From Bacteroidota bacterium (GTDB lineage Bacteria; Bacteroidota; Bacteroidia; Flavobacteriales; BACL11), in the NCBI GenBank assembly GCA_036339955.1, contig JAYYZX010000006.1, positions 68,690-132,689 on the forward strand: a stretch of DNA of 64,000 nt, given 5' to 3'. Of the stretch, positions 43,030-51,680 are shown piece by piece. Each line of letters opens with the position of its first letter. Position 1 is the first letter of the stretch. The position numbers and the translations under genes are program-made. The notes below the pieces were generated by a model. The model was not told where the DNA came from. It saw only the letters and a list, made by a program, of their open reading frames with translations, and did not search any database.

Positions 43030-43063
43030 AAAAATTGAATAAATTAATTAGTTTTGTTCTTAT

Positions 43064-44041
43064 ATGAAAAAAAGTATTGATCATTATATTAGTGAGCTTC
43101 TGTATGCTAATGAATGTGTTGTTGTTCCTGGTTTTGGAGGATTTGTAGGGAATCATATTTCTGCTCACCTTGATGAAGAAAATCAGATATTATACCCTCC
43201 CTCAAAGCAAATTCTATTTAATAAAAATTTAAAAACAAATGATGGATTATTAATTCATCATATTGCAAATAAAGAAGGCCTAACTCATAAAGAAATAACA
43301 AAAGAACTTGAAAAGTTTAAGCAAGAAATATCACAGAAATTAAAAGAAATAAAAAACTTTCGTTTAAAAAATATAGGACTATTTTCTCTTACTAACGATA
43401 ATGATTTAGTTTTTAAACAAGATCGAAGTATAAACTATAATTTAGAGTCGTATGGGATGCCTCATGTTACAAATAAACAGATTATACATGAAACAATTGA
43501 AAAAGACATTAAAAAGGATTTTCAAAAAATAATAAAAGACGATGGTGTTATATCATATGGGAAAATGTGGCGAGCAGCAGCAATATTAATTCCTCTTTTA
43601 GGTCTGTCTTTAATTAGTATTACGCAGCAGGAAAGAATAACTAGTGTGTATACTGAAATGGCAAAGTTAAGTCCATTTGAAAATAATGCCGCTCCTGTCA
43701 CAATAGAAAAAAAGATAGCTCCAATCAAACCTATTGTGATTAATAATAAAAAGTCTGAACTGATAGAAAAAGGAATCATCAATCCTATTAAGAAGGAAGC
43801 AGTTGTTATGCCAGGGGTTCAGCAATATCATATTGTTGCAGGAGCATTTGGCAGTAAAACTAATGCTGATAAATTAATCTTAAAATTACAAAAGAAAAAT
43901 TATAACGCTAAAATAATTGGTAGAAGTGACTCAGGTTTAATACGAGTTTCTTATAGCTCTTATAAAAGCAAAGAAGAAGCTACTACTGCTTTAGCAACAA
44001 TACGCAAGCATAATAATTCTGCTTGGATTTTATCTCAATAA
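43064..44041 (+). CDS. HU-CCDC81 plus SPOR domain membrane protein
   Basis: ECVVVPGFGGF, NDGLL, one TM helix, YHIVAGAFGSKTNA. Confidence 0.88.
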   Translation: MKKSIDHYISELLYANECVVVPGFGGFVGNHISAHLDEENQILYPPSKQILFNKNLKTNDGLLIHHIANKEGLTHKEITKELEKFKQEISQKLKEIKNFRLKNIGLFSLTNDNDLVFKQDRSINYNLESYGMPHVTNKQIIHETIEKDIKKDFQKIIKDDGVISYGKMWRAAAILIPLLGLSLISITQQERITSVYTEMAKLSPFENNAAPVTIEKKIAPIKPIVINNKKSELIEKGIINPIKKEAVVMPGVQQYHIVAGAFGSKTNADKLILKLQKKNYNAKIIGRSDSGLIRVSYSSYKSKEEATTALATIRKHNNSAWILSQ

Positions 44042-44050
44042 ATTTCTTAT

Positions 44051-44566
44051 ATGAAACCAAAAAAAGCTAGTGAATCTCTGTCAACAACAACAGAAATTGT
44101 ATTGCCTAATGATACTAATAATTTAGGAAATCTAATGGGGGGGCGCTTACTTCATTGGATGGATATTGCAGCTGCAATTGCCTCACATCGTCATTGTGAA
44201 AGAATAGTAGTTACTGCTTCTGTAAATAATGTTTCCTTTGCAGAAGCTATCCCCAGAGGAAGTATTGTAACTCTTGAAGCTAAAGTTTCTCGTGCATTTA
44301 AATCTTCTATGGAAGTTTTTGTAGATGTATGGATGGAAAACAATTCATGTAAAACAAAGAAAAAGTGTAATGAGGCGATTTATACTTTTGTTGCGGTTGA
44401 TCAATTAGGGAGCCCAATCGAAATCCCAGAAATTATTCCAGAAACTCAAGCAGAAAAAGAAAGATATGATGGCGCTCTAAGAAGAAGACAGTTGAGTCTA
44501 ATACTAGCTGGAAGAATGAAAGCCGAAGAAGCAACTGAGCTGAAGGCTCTATTTGCTAAAGATTAA
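44051..44566 (+). CDS. Acyl-CoA thioesterase (hotdog)
   Basis: PNDTN.LGNLMGG.LL.WMD, VVTASV. Confidence 0.92.
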   Translation: MKPKKASESLSTTTEIVLPNDTNNLGNLMGGRLLHWMDIAAAIASHRHCERIVVTASVNNVSFAEAIPRGSIVTLEAKVSRAFKSSMEVFVDVWMENNSCKTKKKCNEAIYTFVAVDQLGSPIEIPEIIPETQAEKERYDGALRRRQLSLILAGRMKAEEATELKALFAKD

Positions 44567-45526
44567 TTTATTATACGCTGCTATAATTTCTTGTGCAGAA
44601 ATATTGTTGATGCAAATTTGTTTTGTCTCTCTACATTTGGACCCATGCTTTGAGCAGGGCCTATTAGAATCATTAGCTAAGATTAATACTGAATTTCTTT
44701 TATTTTGATAAGGAATAAATCCTAAACTTGGTTTTGTACATCCCCAAAAAGAAATCATACGTTTTTTGAAAGCTGCTCCAATATGCATCAGGCCGCTATC
44801 ATTAGTTAAAAAAAGACAGCTGTTTTTTACTAAATAAGCAGATTCTGACAAGGATAATTCTCCACAGAAATTAAAAATGTTTTGTTTTGAAGAACGCTTT
44901 TTTACTTGTTCCCCAAATTCAGTGTCTCCTTCTCCTCCTAATAATATAATTGGCTCGGCTATATTGTCACATACTTCTAATATTGTATTTAATGGAACTT
45001 GCTTGTTAATATAAGAAGCCCCGATACTCCAAGTAATAAATTTTTGCTTGATATTAAATTTTAAATTAATATCGGAAGATAAAAAATACTCTAGTCCTTT
45101 ATTGTCATTTTTCACTCCTAAAAAACTAATGGTCTTCATATATCTATCAACTACATGTAAATCATCTAGAATATTAATACCAAATTTTATCAGTATAAAT
45201 TTATTAAAATTTGATTTGAAATATCGTTTAGATTTTACTCCTAATTTTAAAACAATAAACTTTGAACGAATACTGTTATGTAAATCAATTACGTAATCAA
45301 AGTTTTCTTTTTTTAATGATGATATTGTTTTGTTAATATCATTATTGAGAGCGTGTATTTTGTCCAAATATGGATTGTTTAATAAAATAGAAGTATATAT
45401 CTCCTTGGTTACATAATGTAGTTCAACATCTAATTGTTTCTTTAAGCATCGTATTACAGGAGTAGTTAAAATAATATCTCCTATTGAAGAAAAACGAATC
45501 AGTAATATCTTAAGCGATTTTTGCAT
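44549..45526 (-). CDS. Glycosyltransferase family 9 (heptosyltransferase-like)
   Basis: IRFSSIGDIILTTP, IDLHN, NDSGLMHIGAA. Confidence 0.9.
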   Translation of the reverse strand: MQKSLKILLIRFSSIGDIILTTPVIRCLKKQLDVELHYVTKEIYTSILLNNPYLDKIHALNNDINKTISSLKKENFDYVIDLHNSIRSKFIVLKLGVKSKRYFKSNFNKFILIKFGINILDDLHVVDRYMKTISFLGVKNDNKGLEYFLSSDINLKFNIKQKFITWSIGASYINKQVPLNTILEVCDNIAEPIILLGGEGDTEFGEQVKKRSSKQNIFNFCGELSLSESAYLVKNSCLFLTNDSGLMHIGAAFKKRMISFWGCTKPSLGFIPYQNKRNSVLILANDSNRPCSKHGSKCRETKQICINNISAQEIIAAYNKLIFSK

Positions 45527-45563
45527 GCTATAAAATTATAGAAATAATCCTAACTTTGTAAAT

Positions 45564-46349
45564 ATGTATTTTATAGATACTCATTCTCATTTATACCTTA
45601 AGCAATTTAATAAAGATAGAGAGCAGGTTGTACACAATGCTATTAACGCTGGTATTAAAAATATATTATTACCAAATATTGATAGATCCACAACTGCTGA
45701 TATGAAATCACTTTGTGCCCTGTTCCCTGAAAATTGCTTCCCTATGATGGGATTACATCCTTGTAGTGTAAAAAAAGAAACCCTGGAAATGGAATTAAAA
45801 CATGTAGATTCTGAATTAAATAAAGATAAATACATTGCTGTTGGGGAAATTGGGATTGACCTACATTGGAAAAAATCAACTCTTGATATACAGAAAAAAG
45901 CATTTGCTTATCAAATAGAATTAGCAAAAAAACTTGATTTACCTATAGTAATTCATGTAAGAAATTCATTTAATGAAGCTATTGAAATTGTGAAAAACAT
46001 GAATGATTCTAAACTCTCTGGAGTATTTCATTGTTTTAGTGGGAATGTAGAAGACGCTCAAAGAATAATTAATTTAGATAGATTTTATCTAGGTATTGGG
46101 GGCGTAGTTACATTTAAAAATAGTGGCCTTGCAGATACAATTAAAAATATTGATCTACAACATATAATATTAGAAACTGACTCTCCTTATTTATCTCCTA
46201 GCCCATTTAGAGGAGACAGAAATGAAAGCAAGTATATTATTGAGATTGCTAAAAAAATATGTGATGTTAAAAATATTACCCTTGAGGAGCTAGCAGATAT
46301 AACATCCAAGAATGCTAATAGTTTATTTAAACTAGATTCTTCTAAATGA
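45564..46349 (+). CDS. tatD: TatD family hydrolase
   Basis: DTHSH, GLHP, GEIGID, VFHCFSG, ETDSPYL. Confidence 0.93.
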   Translation: MYFIDTHSHLYLKQFNKDREQVVHNAINAGIKNILLPNIDRSTTADMKSLCALFPENCFPMMGLHPCSVKKETLEMELKHVDSELNKDKYIAVGEIGIDLHWKKSTLDIQKKAFAYQIELAKKLDLPIVIHVRNSFNEAIEIVKNMNDSKLSGVFHCFSGNVEDAQRIINLDRFYLGIGGVVTFKNSGLADTIKNIDLQHIILETDSPYLSPSPFRGDRNESKYIIEIAKKICDVKNITLEELADITSKNANSLFKLDSSK

Positions 46350-46360
46350 TCTGTTCTAAT

Positions 46361-46447
46361 GGTGAGGTGGCCGAGTGGCTTAAGGCGCACGCTTGGAAAG
46401 CGTGTAAACGAGAAATCGTTTCGGGGGTTCGAATCCCTTCCTCACCG
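46361..46447 (+). tRNA. tRNA-Ser(GGA), CCA not encoded
   Basis: Acceptor GGTGAGG/CCTCACC plus G73, anticodon arm CACGC-TTGGAAA-GCGTG, long variable arm, GTTCGAATC T loop. Confidence 0.95.
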
Positions 46448-46474
46448 CATCATTAATAAATATTCAGATCTTAA

Positions 46475-47575
46475 CTAAAATGAATATCCTAATTGTACTT
46501 GCATAAAATCAGCAACATGTCTATGAGCTTTTATATGTATTCCAGTAAAAAGATTTTGTGTGAGATAAAAATTGATGCCATATTTCTGATATATAGGATC
46601 ATTATATTTAAGATAATCATAAATGTAAATACCTATCTTTTGACTAAACGTAATGCGTCCCATTAAAAATTCATGTCCTATTAAAAAAGCTCCTCTTTGA
46701 TAATCTTCTGTTTTATTCAAGTTTTGTGTTTCCCATTTTAATGTGCCATCCCATACCCATTCTAAATCTGCTGTTACTGCGCTAATTCTACCTACTTGTT
46801 TACTTACTCCAGTACTTAACCCAAATACTGTAAAATATTTATCATTTTCTATAATCTTTTTAGGGAAATAAAATGCCGAGAGATTATATCTTCTTTTTTT
46901 AACTCCGGCATATGTTTTTTTAATACGATTTTGAAAAGAAGTAGGTTTTGGTATATAATCTATCCCAATACTAGCTGTTGGATAATTAATACCTTTATTT
47001 GGCTGTTTTAAACCTCCATTTGAAATATGATTATAATTAGCTGATAAAATAATTCTAAGTTTTGGATTCACAGAATAATGTAATGAAGCAGCTAACTGTG
47101 AATATTCATTGATTGGCAAACTATACGAAAGGTTATTTGGGTTTTCTATAGAATCATACGGATTTGTATTGAAAGAAAGGCCTGATGCTAATCTAAAAGA
47201 AATATTAAGTTTTTTATTAATTGGGAAAAAGGGTTCTATGAATCCAGCTATATTATATCCGTATCCTAATATTGATTTATTATCAAAATCAAAAAAAGAA
47301 ATTAATACTCCAGCTCTTGGGTAGCAGTAGCATAAATTCCATGATTTTTGATCCATTTTTTGCCAATTGAAATTTAATTCTGTCCCTGTTGGGTATGAAT
47401 TTTTGATAGCCCGAATTTCTGTAGAGTGAATAATAATAAAACCATAGTGTTGTTGTATAGATACGGAAAACATATTATTTGTACTGCTATCAGTATTAAA
47501 AATAGGATCTGCATAGATAGAGGTACAGAAATATAATGAAATAATAGTTGTGATTATTCCAGAATTTATTTTCAT
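46475..47575 (-). CDS. Acyloxyacyl hydrolase / PagL-like outer membrane protein
   Basis: Signal peptide, GFIIIHS, YPRAG, catalytic-like NHISNG..PNKGIN, terminal Phe. Confidence 0.8.
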   Translation of the reverse strand: MKINSGIITTIISLYFCTSIYADPIFNTDSSTNNMFSVSIQQHYGFIIIHSTEIRAIKNSYPTGTELNFNWQKMDQKSWNLCYCYPRAGVLISFFDFDNKSILGYGYNIAGFIEPFFPINKKLNISFRLASGLSFNTNPYDSIENPNNLSYSLPINEYSQLAASLHYSVNPKLRIILSANYNHISNGGLKQPNKGINYPTASIGIDYIPKPTSFQNRIKKTYAGVKKRRYNLSAFYFPKKIIENDKYFTVFGLSTGVSKQVGRISAVTADLEWVWDGTLKWETQNLNKTEDYQRGAFLIGHEFLMGRITFSQKIGIYIYDYLKYNDPIYQKYGINFYLTQNLFTGIHIKAHRHVADFMQVQLGYSF

Positions 47576-47598
47576 TTAAATTTAGAAAATTTTAACTG

Positions 47599-48603
47599 TT
47601 AATTGTCGAGTAGCTTAAATATATTATCTAATCTTGGAGATAGTATCATTTCAATTCTTCGATTTGCAGCCCTTCCTTCAGAAGAAGAATTAGAATCTAT
47701 GGGTAAATATTCTCCCCTCCCCGCTGCTGTCAATTGAGTTGCACTCAAGTCATTATTTTGGATAAGAGCTTTTACAACAGAGGTAGCTCTCATTACACTT
47801 AAGTCCCAATTATCTTTAAGTTGACCACTACTATAAGGGATACTATCTGTATGTCCTTCAACTAAAATTTCTAATCCATCTTGAGAAGATAATACATTAG
47901 CAAGCTTTTTAATAGCATCGATTCCGCTTGTATTTAATTCATATTTTCCAGATGCAAATAAAAGATCCTCTTCTAGTGATAGGTATAACTTTCCATTTCT
48001 TTTTTCAATAGTTAATCCTTCTCCTTCTAGGCCGGCTAATGCTTGTGATATACGAGCTTTTAAATTTGTAACTGTCGAGTCTTTCCTTTTAATTATAGCC
48101 TCTAATTCTGTTACTCTTTTCACTCTTGAATTCAATTCTTTTTGTGCCTTTAACAATTCTTCTTCTTTATTTGATAATGAATTTGATAATGAATCTGACA
48201 TTTTTATAAGCTTATCCTCTCGCTCAAAAAGTTCAGCTTTTGCTAACTCTAATTCTTTGAGTAACTCTTTTGTTTCTTTTGCTTTTTCAGAAATATATCG
48301 GCTATTTTTATTAACCAATAGATCATACGCTTCATCTAGCTCATTATATTTTTCCTGTAACAAAGTCACTGCTCTGCCATTTCGAATAGAATCGTTACTT
48401 AAAATGACATTCCTTGTCTTAAGGGCATCAATAGAGTTTGCTAATTCTTGGTTCTTCTTTTCTAGAGAAAGGGATTCTTTCTCTTTATCTATAAGTTGTT
48501 CTTGAGCTAAAGAGTGTTCCTCTAATAAAGTATTGTGTACTTTAGGCGTAACACAAGCTACACAAAAAATTAGGAAAAAAGTATATACAAAGAATCGTGA
48601 CAT
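47599..48603 (-). CDS. OmpA/MotB-family lipoprotein with long coiled coil (start corrected to MSRFFV)
   Basis: Lipobox VAC, LLFASG, VEGHTD, NWDLSVMRA, NRRIE. Confidence 0.88.
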   Translation of the reverse strand: MSRFFVYTFFLIFCVACVTPKVHNTLLEEHSLAQEQLIDKEKESLSLEKKNQELANSIDALKTRNVILSNDSIRNGRAVTLLQEKYNELDEAYDLLVNKNSRYISEKAKETKELLKELELAKAELFEREDKLIKMSDSLSNSLSNKEEELLKAQKELNSRVKRVTELEAIIKRKDSTVTNLKARISQALAGLEGEGLTIEKRNGKLYLSLEEDLLFASGKYELNTSGIDAIKKLANVLSSQDGLEILVEGHTDSIPYSSGQLKDNWDLSVMRATSVVKALIQNNDLSATQLTAAGRGEYLPIDSNSSSEGRAANRRIEMILSPRLDNIFKLLDN

Positions 48604-48859
48604 ATAAAATATTATCTCAAAACTACACATCAAAGGATAACAGAACACCCTAGTTATAGAATACTTTTCAACATATAAATTCTAATAAATTATACTGTGA
48701 AAAATAATAGCTCTCTGGTTTATTGTTTTTGTATTATAAAATATATTTTTTTGCAAAACTTAATATAAAAACAAAACTTCAGAAAAGAAATCTAAGCTTT
48801 ATACTTAGATAAGTTAACAAAAGATTACTATTTTTATCAAGAATAAATATAATTGTAAA

Positions 48860-49450
48860 ATGAAAAAAATCTTACGATATTTCCTTCAAGGTATTTTATA
48901 CATAGTCCCTCTATTTGTAACAGTATATATAGTATACTGGGCGTTTAGAAAAATTGGAGGTATGCTAGGAGATTATTTGCCAAATGAAAATGAGTTCTTT
49001 GGATTAGCATTGATAAATGATATAATTGGGTTACTTATTATTATTACTATAATTACTTTAATAGGCTATATAGGTAGTACTATAATACGTAGTCCAATAA
49101 GCACATTCTTCCAACGAATTTTAGATAAGGCTCAATTGTTAAAAATCATCTATACTTCTGTTAAGGATTTAATGAACACCTTTGTCGGGAATAAAAAAGG
49201 GTTTAAAAAAGCTGTTTTTGTTAAGCTATTTGAAAATTCTAATATTGAACGAATTGGATTCATAAGTAATGATGATCTTAAATCTTTAAATATCCATGCA
49301 GGAAGAGTTTTGGTTTACATTCCTCATTCTTATAATTTTTCAGGTAATTTATTTGTTGTGGAAAAAAAATATATTACTCCGATAGACGCTCCTACTAGTG
49401 AAATAATGAAATTAATTGTTTCAGGAGGAGTCACTAATCTTGATGATTAA
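48860..49450 (+). CDS. DUF502 membrane protein
   Basis: FLQG...VPL..T, IYTSVKDL, PHSYNFSG, IVSGG. Confidence 0.85.
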   Translation: MKKILRYFLQGILYIVPLFVTVYIVYWAFRKIGGMLGDYLPNENEFFGLALINDIIGLLIIITIITLIGYIGSTIIRSPISTFFQRILDKAQLLKIIYTSVKDLMNTFVGNKKGFKKAVFVKLFENSNIERIGFISNDDLKSLNIHAGRVLVYIPHSYNFSGNLFVVEKKYITPIDAPTSEIMKLIVSGGVTNLDD

Positions 49451-49460
49451 ACTAATAATT

Positions 49461-51680
49461 ATGAAATATATATCTATCTTATTGTTTTTTGCATTTACAC
49501 TAACTGTAAATGCTGACACTACAACTATTCGTATTCATGATCATACTGATATGACCTGGTATGGGAATTATGACGAATGGGGAGTCTTGCCAGATAGTAG
49601 CAAAACTTATCGAAAGATTTATTTACATTATACAATGGGTTGTGCATCAAATGGATGTTCTGATTGGGACTATACTACAAAAATTGAGGTCCGTCATAGA
49701 ACAGGAAAATTAGACTCTACATTACAAAGTCATCCGAATTTTACTGTAAATGGAAATACTATAGATACTATATACTTCTCTTTATCTCCTGTTTATATTT
49801 ATACTTGGGACTCAATAAGCAATAATCTGGACTCTGTAATATCTGCAAGCATGGAGATTATCTTATTCAATGACCTAAACAATCCTACCTCTCCTTCTGA
49901 TACAATATTAGCTTGGGAAGCTGGAATTAATACTTTTAATTATGACTCTACAGGTCAAATTATAGATACCACATTTATTTATGCTGATTCAAATTGGATT
50001 GCAACATATTATAATTGGTATAATGTATTTGAAGTTATTGAGCCTTATGAATTAGCAAGAATTATTACTCCCTACGGAGGCTATCTGCAAAACAACTGGG
50101 AATTTACACATACCTTTGATATTACTGATTATGTGAATATATTACGAGACTCTGTAGAAATTCGAGCGCACTATAGTGGATGGTCCTCTGGTTTTAGCGC
50201 AACACTAGATTTTGAGTTTATAGAGGGGACTCCGCCTAGAAATGTAATAAGTCTAGAAAATATATATAAAGGGAGTTACAGTTATACCAACTCCTCTAAT
50301 TTTGAAACAACTAAATTATATCCCAAAAAATTTCGAATTAATAATGATGCAGATTATGCAATGGTAAAAATGATAACCACAGGTCATGGTTTTGATAATA
50401 ATGTAAACGCTGCTGAATTTAAGCCTATTAACTATTATGTAAAAGTTGATGGTCAACTTACACATACACAATATAATTGGGATAATAAATGTGGTGAAAA
50501 CCCCATTTACCCTCAAGGGGGGACATGGATATACGATAGGGCAAATTGGTGCCCAGGAACAAAAGCAGAAGCATTTGACCATGAAATCACTCCTTATATA
50601 ACTGCTGGCGATTCAATAGAGCTAAATATAGATTTTCAATCATATGTTTGGAGTGGAAGTCAAACCCCTTCATATATTATCGACTGTCAATTATTTCAAT
50701 ATGAAATTCCAGCAAGCACAAATTTTACTAACTCTGTAGAGATGATTGATATTATAAAGCCTTCTGAAAAAGATGTCTATAGTAGAAAAAATCCAATATG
50801 TAGTAAACCTTTGATAAAAATAAGAAATTATGGAACCGCTCCGTTAACTTCATTTGATGTTGAATATGGGGTGGTTGGAGGAACAACACATACTTATCAA
50901 TGGTCTGGTAATCTAAATTTCCTGGGAACTGAAGAAATAGAATTGCCTACACTGAATAACTGGTCAGGCTCATCAAATACTTTCAAAGTGACTCTATTAA
51001 ATCCTAACGGAATTGCTGAAGATTACCCTGACAATAGCACAATGGAAACCTCTTTTCAAAAAGTTCCAGAGTACCCTAATACTTTTGCTGTTTGGGTAGG
51101 AACAAATAGTGGGGTAATAAATTCTCTAACACAAGTTTCCGAAACGTCATGGGATATTTTAGATGATCAAGGGAACGTAGTTATTTCTAGTGGTGTTTTA
51201 TATGGGAATACTCAATATCGTGATACAATTACATTAAGTAATGGGTGTTATACGTTTATTATGCATGATACTGATGAAGATGGATTAGAATTTTGGGCAA
51301 ATAATGATGGTGGAGGTATGATTAGGTTTCGCCAGCTTGGAGCTACATGGCTAAAAATATTTGATCCTGATTTTGGCACAAATATTATTCATGAATTCAC
51401 AGTAGGATATGCACAAAACATTATTAATGAAGGAATACAAAAAGTTGAAGTCTATCCTAATTTAATGAATGAAGATGTTACTGTTAATTTTGAAAACCAT
51501 CAACTGGGAACAAATTTAAGATTAATAGATAATGTAGGAAGAGTTGTTTTTAAAATTCCAATTAAAGAACAAGGACCTATCAGTAAAAAAATTAATGTAA
51601 GTAATTTGTCAAAAGGAATATATTATCTTAAAATTGATAATATAAATGATACCGCCCCTAAAAAGATTATTAAGCTATAA
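49461..51680 (+). CDS. Peptide-N-glycosidase F-related protein with T9SS C-terminal sorting domain
   Basis: Signal peptide; CSDWDY, ELARIITPYG, TGHG, AAEF, GTWIYDRANWCPG; CTD VYPN...LSKGIYYLKI...KIIK. Confidence 0.87.
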   Translation: MKYISILLFFAFTLTVNADTTTIRIHDHTDMTWYGNYDEWGVLPDSSKTYRKIYLHYTMGCASNGCSDWDYTTKIEVRHRTGKLDSTLQSHPNFTVNGNTIDTIYFSLSPVYIYTWDSISNNLDSVISASMEIILFNDLNNPTSPSDTILAWEAGINTFNYDSTGQIIDTTFIYADSNWIATYYNWYNVFEVIEPYELARIITPYGGYLQNNWEFTHTFDITDYVNILRDSVEIRAHYSGWSSGFSATLDFEFIEGTPPRNVISLENIYKGSYSYTNSSNFETTKLYPKKFRINNDADYAMVKMITTGHGFDNNVNAAEFKPINYYVKVDGQLTHTQYNWDNKCGENPIYPQGGTWIYDRANWCPGTKAEAFDHEITPYITAGDSIELNIDFQSYVWSGSQTPSYIIDCQLFQYEIPASTNFTNSVEMIDIIKPSEKDVYSRKNPICSKPLIKIRNYGTAPLTSFDVEYGVVGGTTHTYQWSGNLNFLGTEEIELPTLNNWSGSSNTFKVTLLNPNGIAEDYPDNSTMETSFQKVPEYPNTFAVWVGTNSGVINSLTQVSETSWDILDDQGNVVISSGVLYGNTQYRDTITLSNGCYTFIMHDTDEDGLEFWANNDGGGMIRFRQLGATWLKIFDPDFGTNIIHEFTVGYAQNIINEGIQKVEVYPNLMNEDVTVNFENHQLGTNLRLIDNVGRVVFKIPIKEQGPISKKINVSNLSKGIYYLKIDNINDTAPKKIIKL

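Noticed and set aside
46361-47575. tRNA-Ser as an integration site for a genomic island
   Set aside because: No integrase, no duplicated tRNA 3' end seen, and the flanking genes are ordinary
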